This document shows positions 9,653-19,984 of a stretch of DNA of 64,000 bases, in pieces. The stretch's first letter is position 1. Each line of letters begins with the position of its first letter. The translations under genes and the position numbers were made by a program. Below the pieces are notes generated by a model. That model worked only from the letters and a program-made list of their open reading frames with translations, was not told the DNA's origin and searched no databases. This DNA comes from Clostridiales bacterium (lineage in GTDB: Bacteria; Bacillota; Clostridia; TANB77; SIG350), in contig SVGE01000001.1 in assembly GCA_015056545.1 (NCBI GenBank), forward strand, positions 93,906 to 157,905, read 5' to 3'.

Positions 9653-9671
9653 AAGCCGTATTACCTAGTTT

Positions 9672-9705
9672 AAAACAAGGAAAGTAAAATTACTTTCCTT
9701 GTTTT
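9672..9705 (+). terminator. Rho-independent terminator
   Basis: aaaacaaggaaagta-aaat-tactttccttgtttt. Confidence 0.6.
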
Positions 9706-9707
9706 AA

Positions 9708-10049
9708 CTATTTCCATTTCCTATTTATATTAATTTCTTCTTTATCTTTAAAAGCTTTATATATATCTATATTTAAACTATTACAAACACTGTTTAATAC
9801 AATAAACACATCTGCTACTTCTTCTTCAATTTCAGTATAATTAAGTAATTTAGTTTCATCAATTTTTGAATTTGGTAGTTTTTTTCTAATTGCTTTTGCT
9901 AATTCACCAACTTCTTCTAAAAGCATTAACATTTCATCTTGCACTGTTTTATTGTCTAATCCTCTTAGTTTTATTACTTTTCTTATATACTCTTGTATAT
10001 CTTTTAATGATGAATTTTCTGTTATATTATTTAATAATTCTTTTTGCAT
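9708..10049 (-). CDS. MazG-like nucleotide pyrophosphohydrolase
   Basis: 113 aa with the EEVGELAKA...EEVADVFIVL motifs of the all-alpha NTP-PPase fold. Confidence 0.6.
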   Translation of the reverse strand: MQKELLNNITENSSLKDIQEYIRKVIKLRGLDNKTVQDEMLMLLEEVGELAKAIRKKLPNSKIDETKLLNYTEIEEEVADVFIVLNSVCNSLNIDIYKAFKDKEEININRKWK

Positions 10050-10061
10050 AACTTTTTCTCC

Positions 10062-10457
10062 TTATTTTTTCCAAAATTCATACCATTTTTTTTGTGGAAC
10101 CGCTTCTATTTTAGGTTCAACTTCAGATTTTAATATTGCTATACCTTTTAATTCACTTATTGGCTTATATATCATTACTTTAAAATCTCTAATAATTTCT
10201 TTATCAAACTCTGTTTTAGTTAACTCATATATTTTTTTTAGTTCTACTAAATCAATAAATTCTTTAGTAACATATTTTAAATTATTTTCTCCTAAATTAG
10301 CTACTAATTCACAAAATTTCTTTTCATCATATGAAGCTAAATATTCTCCATTTGTTTTTAATTCAAATAATATCTCTTGCTCATCAATATTTTGTTTTTT
10401 CATTTGTTTTAAAGTTTCAATCATATCTAAATCTAATGAATAAAAATAATATTCCAT
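10062..10457 (-). CDS. Hypothetical acidic protein
   Basis: 131 aa ORF matching no family I recognise. Confidence 0.3.
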   Translation of the reverse strand: MEYYFYSLDLDMIETLKQMKKQNIDEQEILFELKTNGEYLASYDEKKFCELVANLGENNLKYVTKEFIDLVELKKIYELTKTEFDKEIIRDFKVMIYKPISELKGIAILKSEVEPKIEAVPQKKWYEFWKK

Positions 10458-10484
10458 AAATTAGTACCTCCTATGCTACATATA

Positions 10485-11780
10485 TTAATATCCTGGTTTT
10501 CCTAATAATTTAAACATATTTTTCTTATATGCTTCTACACCAGGTTGATTAAATGGATTTACTCCTAAAAGATATCCACTAATACCACAAGCTTTTTCAA
10601 AGAAATATATTAAACTACCTATATAGTATTCATTTAGTTCAGGTATATCTATTTTCATGTTTGGAACACCCCCATCAACATGAGCTAAAATAGTACCTTC
10701 CATTGCTTTTTTATTTATATAGTCAATAGTCTTACCTTCTAAGAATTTTAAACCATCACCAATATCTTCTTCTTGCTCTTTAATAGATAACATATAATTA
10801 TCTTTTTGAATATTTAATATTGTTTCAAATATTGTTCTTTCACCTTCTTGAATATATTGCCCCATTGAATGCAGGTCTGTTGTATTATCTACACCTGCTG
10901 GAAAAATTCCTTTTTGGTCCTTTCCTTCACTTTCACCAAATAATTGTTTAAACCATTCTGTAAAATAATGCAAACTTGGCTCATAATTTACCATTATTTC
11001 AATTTTTTTGCCTGCTTTATATAAAATGTTTCTAATTACAGCATATTTATAACAATCATTTTCTTCAATGTTGGTATTCATAAGCTTGTCTTGCATATCT
11101 TTTGCTCCAACCATAAGCTTATCGATATTTATTCCTGATACAGCAATTGGTAAAAGTCCAACAGCTGTTAATACTGAATATCTTCCACCAACATCATCTG
11201 GTACAACAAAAGTTTCATACCCTTCATTATCTGCTAATGTTTTTAAAACACCTTTTTGTTTATCTGTTGTTACAAATATCCTGTTTCTTGCTTGCTCTTT
11301 TCCATATTTATTTTCTATTAATTCTTTAAAAATTCTAAAAGCAATTGCAGGTTCTGTAGTTGTTCCAGACTTAGATATTACATTTATACATATATCTTTA
11401 CCTTTAACTTCATTAATTAAATCATTTAAATATTTAGAACTTATATTATTTCCAGCATAATATATTCTTGTTCCTTTATTTCCAAATGAATTAGATAATG
11501 CATCAATAACAGCTCTTGCACCTAAATATGACCCACCTATTCCAATAACGATTAAAGCTTGTGCATTTTCTTTTATATATTCAGCGGCTCTTTTAATCCT
11601 TCTGTATTCTTGTTTATCAAAAATAGTTGGAAGTTCTACCCATCCAAGAAAATCACTACCCTCACCTGTTTTATTATGAAGATCATTATGTGCTTTTTCT
11701 ATACTTTCTTGATAAGCATAAATCTCTTCTTCTGTTAAAAAATTTAATACATTTGAATAATCTAATTTAATATTCTCCAT
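10485..11780 (-). CDS. pgi: Glucose-6-phosphate isomerase
   Basis: 431 aa with [13 protein letters not shown] and a C-terminal [11 protein letters not shown] motif. Confidence 0.9.
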   Translation of the reverse strand: MENIKLDYSNVLNFLTEEEIYAYQESIEKAHNDLHNKTGEGSDFLGWVELPTIFDKQEYRRIKRAAEYIKENAQALIVIGIGGSYLGARAVIDALSNSFGNKGTRIYYAGNNISSKYLNDLINEVKGKDICINVISKSGTTTEPAIAFRIFKELIENKYGKEQARNRIFVTTDKQKGVLKTLADNEGYETFVVPDDVGGRYSVLTAVGLLPIAVSGINIDKLMVGAKDMQDKLMNTNIEENDCYKYAVIRNILYKAGKKIEIMVNYEPSLHYFTEWFKQLFGESEGKDQKGIFPAGVDNTTDLHSMGQYIQEGERTIFETILNIQKDNYMLSIKEQEEDIGDGLKFLEGKTIDYINKKAMEGTILAHVDGGVPNMKIDIPELNEYYIGSLIYFFEKACGISGYLLGVNPFNQPGVEAYKKNMFKLLGKPGY

Positions 11781-11799
11781 ATATTACTCCTCCTATGTT

Positions 11800-12858
11800 T
11801 TATTTTAATACTTCATCTATAACTTTCGCTAAATAGTGCATTGAATTAACACTTTGCTCAAGTGTATTTCCAGTAGCTCCTACTTCAATAAGTAATGACC
11901 CTTTAGATGTATGACCATTATATCTTGAATTTGTAACAGACATTTGTCTAAATAAACCTGGATAAATAGTTTCACCGGCATATTGAAGTTTTAATGCAAA
12001 TTTTAAGTTTTCCCTCCAATTATCATGTTTTTGTATACCATTTTGGTCAGTACCAACAATTATCATTAATTTTGATGCTTCTTTTCCTTCAAAATTTACT
12101 GTTGGTGCAAAATTAGGATTCGAACTAATTGCATCTCTATGTAAATCTAAAACTATATCTATATTATTATTTTCGTTAATATGTTTGTTAATACTTTCTA
12201 ATGCCCTATTATATGAACCTGAATAAGTTGGATAATCATAAAGCTCTCTATCATGAATAACATTATATCCGGAATTTTTAAGTATGTTTTCTAATTCGTC
12301 ACCAACTCTAATCATATTTTTTGAATTATCTTCATTTCTAAAATAATCTGTATGTTCCTCACCTAAGTAACTTTCTGAACCATGTGTATGTATTATGAGT
12401 ATTGTAGACACACTTTTATCTTTAAATATTTCTAAATCTTGTTTTATCAAATTATTCTCATCTAAGTTATATTTTGTATTATTTTTTATTTCAAAATTTA
12501 TATTATCATAATATAAATCATAATTTTGGTTATTAATTTTATTTATAGTAAGTAAATTTGTATCAACATGATTATTTTTATTATTATTTTCTATGCTTAT
12601 ATTATTAGTATTTTTAGTTAAAATATTAGTATTTAATACATATATTTCATTTTTTAGAAAATCTAAAAACTTTTCTTCTTTAGCTATATTTATACTTAAT
12701 ACATCTTTATTATATATATTTAATGTTGAATCAATACATTTTTTTAATAAATTGATATTTTCATATTTAATAATTAAAAAAGTAATTACTAGTATGGTTA
12801 ATATAACTAATAACTTTATACATATATCTTTTAAATCAAGAACAGCAAATTTTATCAT
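11800..12858 (-). CDS. spoIIP: Stage II sporulation protein P (SpoIIP)
   Basis: N-terminal TM helix and the ILIIHTHGSESY motif, with a ...VLDLHRDA amidase-like core. Confidence 0.7.
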   Translation of the reverse strand: MIKFAVLDLKDICIKLLVILTILVITFLIIKYENINLLKKCIDSTLNIYNKDVLSINIAKEEKFLDFLKNEIYVLNTNILTKNTNNISIENNNKNNHVDTNLLTINKINNQNYDLYYDNINFEIKNNTKYNLDENNLIKQDLEIFKDKSVSTILIIHTHGSESYLGEEHTDYFRNEDNSKNMIRVGDELENILKNSGYNVIHDRELYDYPTYSGSYNRALESINKHINENNNIDIVLDLHRDAISSNPNFAPTVNFEGKEASKLMIIVGTDQNGIQKHDNWRENLKFALKLQYAGETIYPGLFRQMSVTNSRYNGHTSKGSLLIEVGATGNTLEQSVNSMHYLAKVIDEVLK

Positions 12859-12943
12859 AATAAATACCCCTTATTTAAATAAAATAATTACTATTCCATT
12901 ATATGTATAAATTGTCCCTTTAATTACAGATATTTATATAAAT

Positions 12944-13396
12944 TTATTTTTGAAAAACATTAGCTTGTCTGTCTATTTCATCAATTGTATAATACATTGT
13001 TCCATTAATTGAAATTCCGTCTTTATATACTATATCTTGTGACATATAATTTACTAAATATATATTATTTATATTAGATATATTCATTTCTTTTAAGTTG
13101 CTAGGTTCTAATAAATAATATCCTGTATTTTCACCTATACCGTAAGTTATATTACCTAAAGTAATTTTATTTGTTTCTATAATTTTTTCGCCAAGATATG
13201 GGTAAAGATTTGCATCATCTTCATGTTTTAGTTGATATTCCAGTATTTTAGCTTGCAGGATTTTCATTTCGTCTAATATAACTAATGCTTTTGCTTCATC
13301 TGACATTTTATTTGTAGATAATATGATAGTTCCAACAATTATTAACATTACACTTATTGTTACACCTAACATTATTAAACTAAAGCCTTTTTTCAT
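12944..13396 (-). CDS. Prepilin-type N-terminal domain protein (pseudopilin-like)
   Basis: Likely start at the ATG at 13396, preceded by the SD agggggga. The leader MKKG/FSLIMLGVTISVMLIIVGTIIL is a class III signal-like sequence. Confidence 0.5.
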   Translation of the reverse strand: MKKGFSLIMLGVTISVMLIIVGTIILSTNKMSDEAKALVILDEMKILQAKILEYQLKHEDDANLYPYLGEKIIETNKITLGNITYGIGENTGYYLLEPSNLKEMNISNINNIYLVNYMSQDIVYKDGISINGTMYYTIDEIDRQANVFQK

Positions 13397-13412
13397 ATAT
13401 TTCCCCCTATAT

Positions 13413-14144
13413 TTATATAAATTTTTCACATATTAAATTATCATAAAGTCTGCAATATTTATCATAATCACTTGTAGTCGTTACTGTCCAACCTAATACA
13501 AGTCTTTTTTTCTTAATATTGTCTATTTCTTTAATTTTAGCATCTTTAACATCATATGATATAAAATTTGGTTTTGTTAAAAAGTTTAATAACATATGAC
13601 TTAAAAAGAATTTCTTTATTTTATTCATTTTAGAATTAGTAAACTTAGAAACTAATTGTCCTCTTATTACATCTTTTTTGTATAATTTAAACCATAATAT
13701 AGATAATGGATTAAAACTTTGAATTGCATATTTACCATTATATTTATCTAATAATTTAATAATTTCTTTTTCTAATAATCCAACTTTGTTATCATATTTA
13801 ATTTCAATTAAAAGTGGAACTTTTCCATCAATTAAATCTAATACTTCTTCAAATGTTGGAATATATGAATTGGTATTTAATAAATTATATTTTTTTATTT
13901 CATCATAAGTCATATATTTTATTTTTTTATTTATTCCACACATTCTAAATAAGTTATCATCATGAAATACAATAACTTTCCTCTCTTTTGTAATATGTAC
14001 ATCTAATTCAATTATATATCCTTTATTAATAGCATTTTCAAAAGCTTCTATTGAATTTTCTGGAACACCTTTTTCTATATCATGTAATCCTCTATGTGCA
14101 ATCAAAGGATTTTTTAGAAAATCTATACTATTCATTTTCATCAT
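13413..14144 (-). CDS. Glycerophosphodiester phosphodiesterase
   Basis: IAHRGLHD...ENSIEAFENAI...ELDVHITKE GDPD motifs. Confidence 0.75.
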   Translation of the reverse strand: MMKMNSIDFLKNPLIAHRGLHDIEKGVPENSIEAFENAINKGYIIELDVHITKERKVIVFHDDNLFRMCGINKKIKYMTYDEIKKYNLLNTNSYIPTFEEVLDLIDGKVPLLIEIKYDNKVGLLEKEIIKLLDKYNGKYAIQSFNPLSILWFKLYKKDVIRGQLVSKFTNSKMNKIKKFFLSHMLLNFLTKPNFISYDVKDAKIKEIDNIKKKRLVLGWTVTTTSDYDKYCRLYDNLICEKFI

Positions 14145-14709
14145 TACTTTCTTCTTTATTTTCTATTTCAGTAATATTAACTTGACCTTCAATATTTTTA
14201 GTATCTAAATTTAAATCTATATTACTTTTTATTTTAGGTAATTCATCTAAAGAAGAATATCCAAATAATTTATAGAAGTTTTCAGAAACCTTATATGTAA
14301 TTGGTCTACCTGGAACATCTAATCTTCCCGCTTCTTCTATTATCTCATATTCTAATAACTTATTTATTGTACCATCAGAATTAACACCACGTATTTTTTC
14401 TACACCTGCTCTAGTTATATTAGAATTATATGCAATAATTGAAATAACTTCAAACCCAGCTGAAGATATATTAGGTTTTGCTTTATTTTCAAATAATTTA
14501 TATATATATTCATAATATTCTTTTTTTGTTGTTAAGCTATAGCTATCATCAATTTGTATAATTTCTATTCCTCTATTAACATATTCATTTTTCATCTCAT
14601 CAATTATCTCTTTTATCTCTTTTTCTTTTTTCTCTAAAAGATTAGCTAAAACAGATAATTTAACAGGTTTTCCATAGGCAAACAACATTGCTTCAATTAT
14701 ATTTTTCAA
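14128..14709 (-). CDS. scpB: Segregation and condensation protein B
   Basis: MKNIIEAMLFAYGKPV... tandem winged-helix pattern with an acidic tail. Confidence 0.7.
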   Translation of the reverse strand: MKNIIEAMLFAYGKPVKLSVLANLLEKKEKEIKEIIDEMKNEYVNRGIEIIQIDDSYSLTTKKEYYEYIYKLFENKAKPNISSAGFEVISIIAYNSNITRAGVEKIRGVNSDGTINKLLEYEIIEEAGRLDVPGRPITYKVSENFYKLFGYSSLDELPKIKSNIDLNLDTKNIEGQVNITEIENKEESNDENE

Positions 14710-14721
14710 ATAATCACTTCC

Positions 14722-15951
14722 TTATTTAATTATTCTTAAAACATCACTTATCATAACATAAACAGTTAAAATTAATAATAGACTAAGTGTTATTCCAGTA
14801 GTAATTTTTTCAAATTTTTCACTAAATTGTTTTTTTCTATATCTTTCTATTGTAAATAATAGAATTTTTCCACCATCTAATATTGGAAGTGGTAATAAAT
14901 TCATTATAGCTAAACTCATACTAACAGATGCTAAAATAGAAAGATATTGATATCCTTTTTCTGTTTGAGTAACTATTTCTGATACTCCTATAATTCCCAT
15001 TAATTCTGCATTTTGGTTTTGTCCAGTTAATAATCTATATATACCACGTATATTTTCAAAAACAAAATCCCATGTTACAACAAAAGAATGATATACTTTT
15101 GTTCCAAAAGAATCATCTGCTGCTTTCATCATTAATCCTATATAATATTTAGAAAATTTTTCTGTTTTTATTTCTTTTGTAATAATTTCACCATTTCTAT
15201 TAAACTCAAATTTAGTTATATCATCTATATCTTTATTTAATTCAACTTCTAACTCTTGATTATTTGTAACTTCTATATCATTTATTTTAATAATTTTATC
15301 TCCAACTGCTACAATATCACTATTGTTATTATTTACAACTGTATTATTATCATCAACACTAAAACCAACTGTTACATACGTATATTCATATGGTTTAACA
15401 GTATAATTTATAAGTTCATCATTCCTTTTTACAACAATACTTACATCTTCACCTTTATTACCATATATAGCTGTATCTATTTGTGATTTAGAATATATCC
15501 TTTTTCCATTAATTTTATATATTTCATCACCTACTTGTATTCCAGATGTTACTATAGGTGCACCTTCTTTCAAACTGTCCACTATATTAGTTACAAATAT
15601 ACCTTGAAAATATAGTGCAAAAAATGCTGCAATTATTGCAAAAATAAAGTTAACAGTAACACCTGCAAGTAATATTAAATTCTTTTGATATAAAGGTGCA
15701 TTTTGAAATGAACCTTCTTTATTTTCATCATCTATATCTACATATCCACCTAGTGGAAATAATCTTAGTGAATATGTTGTACCATTTTTTTCTTTTGATA
15801 ATAATTTTTTACCAAAACCAACAGAAAATTCCTTTACAGGAATTTTAAAAAACTTTGCAACAGCAAAATGTCCACCCTCGTGGATAATTACTAAAAATGC
15901 AAGTAAAAAAACTATTTTCAAAACTTGAATTAATATATTTAATATAACCAA
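14722..15951 (-). CDS. rseP: RIP metalloprotease RseP/RasP
   Basis: HEGGH motif, a PDZ domain, a C-terminal LPLPILDGG motif and multiple TM helices. Confidence 0.85.
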   Translation of the reverse strand: MVILNILIQVLKIVFLLAFLVIIHEGGHFAVAKFFKIPVKEFSVGFGKKLLSKEKNGTTYSLRLFPLGGYVDIDDENKEGSFQNAPLYQKNLILLAGVTVNFIFAIIAAFFALYFQGIFVTNIVDSLKEGAPIVTSGIQVGDEIYKINGKRIYSKSQIDTAIYGNKGEDVSIVVKRNDELINYTVKPYEYTYVTVGFSVDDNNTVVNNNNSDIVAVGDKIIKINDIEVTNNQELEVELNKDIDDITKFEFNRNGEIITKEIKTEKFSKYYIGLMMKAADDSFGTKVYHSFVVTWDFVFENIRGIYRLLTGQNQNAELMGIIGVSEIVTQTEKGYQYLSILASVSMSLAIMNLLPLPILDGGKILLFTIERYRKKQFSEKFEKITTGITLSLLLILTVYVMISDVLRIIK

Positions 15952-15974
15952 TTTATTTATCTCTCCTTATTAAA

Positions 15975-16802
15975 TTACATAAATAGATAGAAATACGCAA
16001 AAATAACTGGTGCCACAAATAATGTTGAGTCAAATCTATCTAACATACCACCATGTCCTGGAAAAAACTTACCAAAGTCTTTAATATCAACATATCTTTT
16101 TATACTTGATGCAAATAAATCACCAATTTGAGATATTATAGAACAAATTATTGCTAAAACAATCATATGTACATATGAAATATTAGCCATAAAGAAACTG
16201 TTTAACACATATGTTAATAATCCAAAACCTATTATTCCCCCAAATATTCCACCAATACTACCTTCAATTGTTTTTTTAGGGCTAATTGAAGTAAATTTAT
16301 GTTTTCCAATTAATTTTCCAACACAAAAAGCTAATATATCTGGTGCCCATGAACCTACAAATATATACCATATATATAATTTACCATTATTTAATTCATA
16401 TAAATTTGTAATTGTTTCAAACATTATAATTGAATAAAATATTTGAAGTAAAGTAACTGATACATCTATAATTGAATATTTATGATGTTTAAAAGTATAT
16501 ATACTAAATAACAATATTAAAATTCCTGGAAGTAAAATATATACTAAAATTTCCAACATGTTAATTGGTAGCATATTCATATATTTTAAATTATTTAAAA
16601 CAAATATTGCTATAACTGTTAAATAACTAACAATACTTATAGGTTTAATTTGTTTATTATTAAATGCTTTGCTCATTTCTCTTACAGCAATTAATATAAA
16701 TATTGAGATTACTACATTTACCATATATATATTAGTACATAATATTACCCATGCAGTAAATGCAAATCCTAAAATAAGTGACATAATTCTTTTCGCTAAC
16801 AT
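15975..16802 (-). CDS. cdsA: Phosphatidate cytidylyltransferase
   Basis: Polytopic membrane protein with the C-terminal ...KDFGKFFPGHGGMLDRFDS signature. Confidence 0.85.
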   Translation of the reverse strand: MLAKRIMSLILGFAFTAWVILCTNIYMVNVVISIFILIAVREMSKAFNNKQIKPISIVSYLTVIAIFVLNNLKYMNMLPINMLEILVYILLPGILILLFSIYTFKHHKYSIIDVSVTLLQIFYSIIMFETITNLYELNNGKLYIWYIFVGSWAPDILAFCVGKLIGKHKFTSISPKKTIEGSIGGIFGGIIGFGLLTYVLNSFFMANISYVHMIVLAIICSIISQIGDLFASSIKRYVDIKDFGKFFPGHGGMLDRFDSTLFVAPVIFAYFYLFM

Positions 16803-17500
16803 TATTTTCCTCCAAACTTTCTATTTCTTCTTTGATATTCTTCAATTGCTTTTTCTAATTCATCTTCATTAAAATCTGGCCAATAACAATTTGTAAAATA
16901 CATTTCTGCATATGATAATTGCCATGGCAAGTAATTACTAACACGTATTTGTCCACTAGTTCTTATCATTAAATCTACATCTGTTGATGTAAATAATTCT
17001 TTTGAAAAGATTTGTTCATTTATTTCATCAACATTTATCTCATTATTAATTACCTTATTTATAATATTTTTTGTTGCATTTAATATTTCTTGTCTTCCAC
17101 CATAATTTAAAGCCATATTAAACTTCATTTTATTACAATTATATGTTTCTTCTTCAACTTTTATAATTGTCTTTCTCAAAAATTCTGGTAATTCTTCTTT
17201 TGTTCCCAATTGAGTAAATTTTATATCTGAATAATTTGATGTAAAAGAAGAAATAAAATCATTATATATTTTCATAAGCCAATTAACTTCTTCTTTGCTA
17301 CGCTTCCAATTTTCTGTTGAGAAAGCATAAAATGTAACTTCATTAATACCTAATTTAACTGCATGTTTAATGATTTTATCTAATGCAATAACTAATTTTA
17401 AATGGCCTTTCATAGGGTCTAGGCCTTTGTTTTTAGCCCATGTTCTATTACCATCCATTATTAATGCAATATGATTAGGTAAATTATTAGTATCTATCAT
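16802..17500 (-). CDS. Isoprenyl transferase (UppS-family paralog 2)
   Basis: DGNRTWAK, YAFSTENWKRS and RTSGQIRVSNYLPWQ motifs. Its start overlaps the stop of the upstream uppS by 1 nt. Confidence 0.8.
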   Translation of the reverse strand: MIDTNNLPNHIALIMDGNRTWAKNKGLDPMKGHLKLVIALDKIIKHAVKLGINEVTFYAFSTENWKRSKEEVNWLMKIYNDFISSFTSNYSDIKFTQLGTKEELPEFLRKTIIKVEEETYNCNKMKFNMALNYGGRQEILNATKNIINKVINNEINVDEINEQIFSKELFTSTDVDLMIRTSGQIRVSNYLPWQLSYAEMYFTNCYWPDFNEDELEKAIEEYQRRNRKFGGK

Positions 17501-18216
17501 TATTTTCCTCCAAATTTTCTGTTTCTCTTTTGATATTCTTTAATTGCCAAATCTAGTTCATTCTCTTTAAAATCTGGCCAATAATCATCTGTAAAATACA
17601 TTTCTGCATATGATAATTGCCATGGTAGAAAATTACTTACTCTAATTTCACCACTAGTTCTTATCATTAAATCTACATCTGGTGAATCATAGGTATATAG
17701 ACAAGTTTCAAATATTTTTTCGTCTATATCTTCTAATTTAATTTCACCACTTTGAACTTTTTCAGTAAGCAATTTAGTTGCATGAATTATTTCATCTCTA
17801 CCACCATAATTTAAAGCTATATTGAATTGAAGTCCTGTATTATTTTTTGTATTTTCTTCAATTCTTTTTATACCTTCTTGAAAAGATGGTCTAAGTCTAG
17901 TTATATCCCCAATAACTCTTATTTTAATATTATCTTTTTTATTATTTTTATCAAAATCATTTATATATTTTTCTAGTAAATCCATTAACCAATCTACTTC
18001 TTCTTTACTACGTTTCCAATTTTCTGTTGAAAAAGCATATACAGTTAAATATTTAATTCCTATTTTATTACAATATTTTGCTACTATTTCAAGTGTTTTA
18101 GCACCTTCTGTATGTCCTAATTTTCCTGGCATACCTTTTTCTTTTGCCCATCTTCTGTTTCCATCCATAATAATAGCTATATGTTTAGGTAAATTTGTAC
18201 TATCAATTTGGTTCAT
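17500..18216 (-). CDS. uppS: Undecaprenyl-diphosphate synthase
   Basis: DGNRRWAK, YAFSTENWKRS and RTSGEIRVSNFLPWQ motifs. Confidence 0.85.
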   Translation of the reverse strand: MNQIDSTNLPKHIAIIMDGNRRWAKEKGMPGKLGHTEGAKTLEIVAKYCNKIGIKYLTVYAFSTENWKRSKEEVDWLMDLLEKYINDFDKNNKKDNIKIRVIGDITRLRPSFQEGIKRIEENTKNNTGLQFNIALNYGGRDEIIHATKLLTEKVQSGEIKLEDIDEKIFETCLYTYDSPDVDLMIRTSGEIRVSNFLPWQLSYAEMYFTDDYWPDFKENELDLAIKEYQKRNRKFGGK

Positions 18217-18229
18217 ATATTACCTCCAA

Positions 18230-18781
18230 TTATATAGACATTATTTCTTTTTCCTTTTTCTCTAATTCTACATCAATTTGTTTAGTATATTTATCTGTTA
18301 ATTTTTGAATTTCATCTTCTGCATTTCTTAAATCATCTTCTGTTATTTCAGAAGCTTTTTGTTTTTGTTTATATACGTCTATACTATCTCTTCTAATATT
18401 TCTAATTACAATTTTAGCATCTTCAGCTATTTTCTTAATATCTTTTGCTATTTCTTTTCTTCTATCTTCTGTTAATTCTGGGAATGTTAATCTAATTACA
18501 TTACCATCATTTATTGGATTTATACCTATATCTGATTTTTGTATTTCTTTTTCAATTTCTTTAAGTAAGCTTTTATCCCATGGTTGAATAACTATTAATC
18601 TAGCTTCAGGAACAGAAACAGATGCCACTTGATTAATTGGTGTTGGTGTTCCATAATATTCAACATTTAATTTATTTAATATTGCAGGATTTGCTCTTCC
18701 TGCTCTAATAGCTCCCAAATTTTCAATATACACATTAAGTGATTTTTTCATTTTTTCTTCAATTTCAATATATTCTGACAT
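18230..18781 (-). CDS. frr: Ribosome recycling factor
   Basis: 183 aa, ...RLTFPELTEDRRKEIAKDIKK... Confidence 0.9.
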   Translation of the reverse strand: MSEYIEIEEKMKKSLNVYIENLGAIRAGRANPAILNKLNVEYYGTPTPINQVASVSVPEARLIVIQPWDKSLLKEIEKEIQKSDIGINPINDGNVIRLTFPELTEDRRKEIAKDIKKIAEDAKIVIRNIRRDSIDVYKQKQKASEITEDDLRNAEDEIQKLTDKYTKQIDVELEKKEKEIMSI

Positions 18782-18911
18782 AAATTTGTCTCTCCCTTCA
18801 ATTTATTTTTATTCGTTTATACTATATCATTTTTTATATATAAAGTAAAGAGAAATTAATATATTTTAGAGCAATTTAATTCAAAAAAATGTTGAAATAA
18901 CAGTATTTATG

Positions 18912-18940
18912 TTTACATAATTTGTTTAGTGTGATATAAT
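18912..18940 (+). promoter_or_regulatory. Strong sigma-A promoter TTTACA-17-TGaTATAAT for the five-gene operon
   Basis: tttaca (18912-18917), a 17-nt spacer, an extended -10 tgaTATAAT (18935-18940), and the SD ggaggt before the ATG at 19003. Confidence 0.55.
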
Positions 18941-19002
18941 AGAAAAGTAAAAAAATTTTTAATTTTGCTCATAAAAATTATTTTTTTGGAGGTAGACAAA
19001 AT

Positions 19003-19335
19003 ATGAAAGGTTATAATGAAAACGAATTACGGGCTTTACTTAAAGACAAAGAAAAACAATTAAAAGAATTAACACAGCAAACCGATGATGTTCTCGAAAC
19101 TTTAAACATGTTAAAACATCCTTCTTCTCCTATGGCGAGTATTCCAAATGAAACAATTAAAAATTTGGAAGAAACTCTTGATATATATGAGAAAAAACGT
19201 GAAAGACTTACTCTTGTTATTAATTGCGTAAAAGATAATCTGCGTAAAATGCACAATGCTAAGATAGAATATGAAAAAATATATAAATCTAATTTTAAAG
19301 ATTCAATGTTTTATCTTAAACAATTTAAAATATAA
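19003..19335 (+). CDS. Small coiled-coil protein (paralog family member A)
   Basis: 110 aa with SD ggagg. All helical heptads; similar architecture to the genes at 19971 and 20300. Confidence 0.55.
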   Translation: MKGYNENELRALLKDKEKQLKELTQQTDDVLETLNMLKHPSSPMASIPNETIKNLEETLDIYEKKRERLTLVINCVKDNLRKMHNAKIEYEKIYKSNFKDSMFYLKQFKI

Positions 19336-19349
19336 AGGAGCAAAGAATC

Positions 19350-19739
19350 ATGTCATTAACACTTACTAACAAAGAGCGTATTGAAAAAGCAAAAAAAATT
19401 CTCGAAAACAATGATTATCTTTTTGCTCTTTCAAAATTTGAACACAAAGAAACTGTTAAATTCGGAAAATTTTTAAGAGATTATTTTATTCAACCACATG
19501 ACAAATCTTTTATCTATGTCGTGTTATCTCCTAAAGAAATAACTAAAATTGAAAAAAACTTCAAAAATAAAATGGGAAATAATTATGTGTATTTTGATAC
19601 AATTATTTGTCCAATTTTAGGAGATAAAGTTTTACACCGTTTTAGGTCTTCAACTTCGACCTGTTTGGTTAAATATTTTATGGATGATGAAAAAAACATT
19701 CACATTTACCAAGAATTGTATAAAGGAGTTTTAAAATGA
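19350..19739 (+). CDS. Hypothetical 129-aa protein
   Basis: SD aaaggag before the ATG. Its stop overlaps the next start (atga at 19736). Confidence 0.5.
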   Translation: MSLTLTNKERIEKAKKILENNDYLFALSKFEHKETVKFGKFLRDYFIQPHDKSFIYVVLSPKEITKIEKNFKNKMGNNYVYFDTIICPILGDKVLHRFRSSTSTCLVKYFMDDEKNIHIYQELYKGVLK

Positions 19740-19984
19740 AAACAGCTGAAATTTCAACATTATCATATTTTTCCGGCGTAAAAACAGCAATGGAAGTATT
19801 GCTTGAATTAGGAGAAATTTATTGTAAAACATTTGAAACAGATAATATTCCATTTGAATTTTTAAAACCTCTTTTTGAAGAAAGTATAAAAAATGCAAAA
19901 GATCGTATTTCTGAATACCCAAATGGTAATGGTCTCTTAAATCAATTAAATAAAAATGGAGGAAAGCTCAATGTTATACAATAA
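19736..19984 (+). CDS. Hypothetical 82-aa protein
   Basis: Translationally coupled to the upstream gene; Gly/Asn-rich C-terminus. Confidence 0.45.
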   Translation: MKTAEISTLSYFSGVKTAMEVLLELGEIYCKTFETDNIPFEFLKPLFEESIKNAKDRISEYPNGNGLLNQLNKNGGKLNVIQ

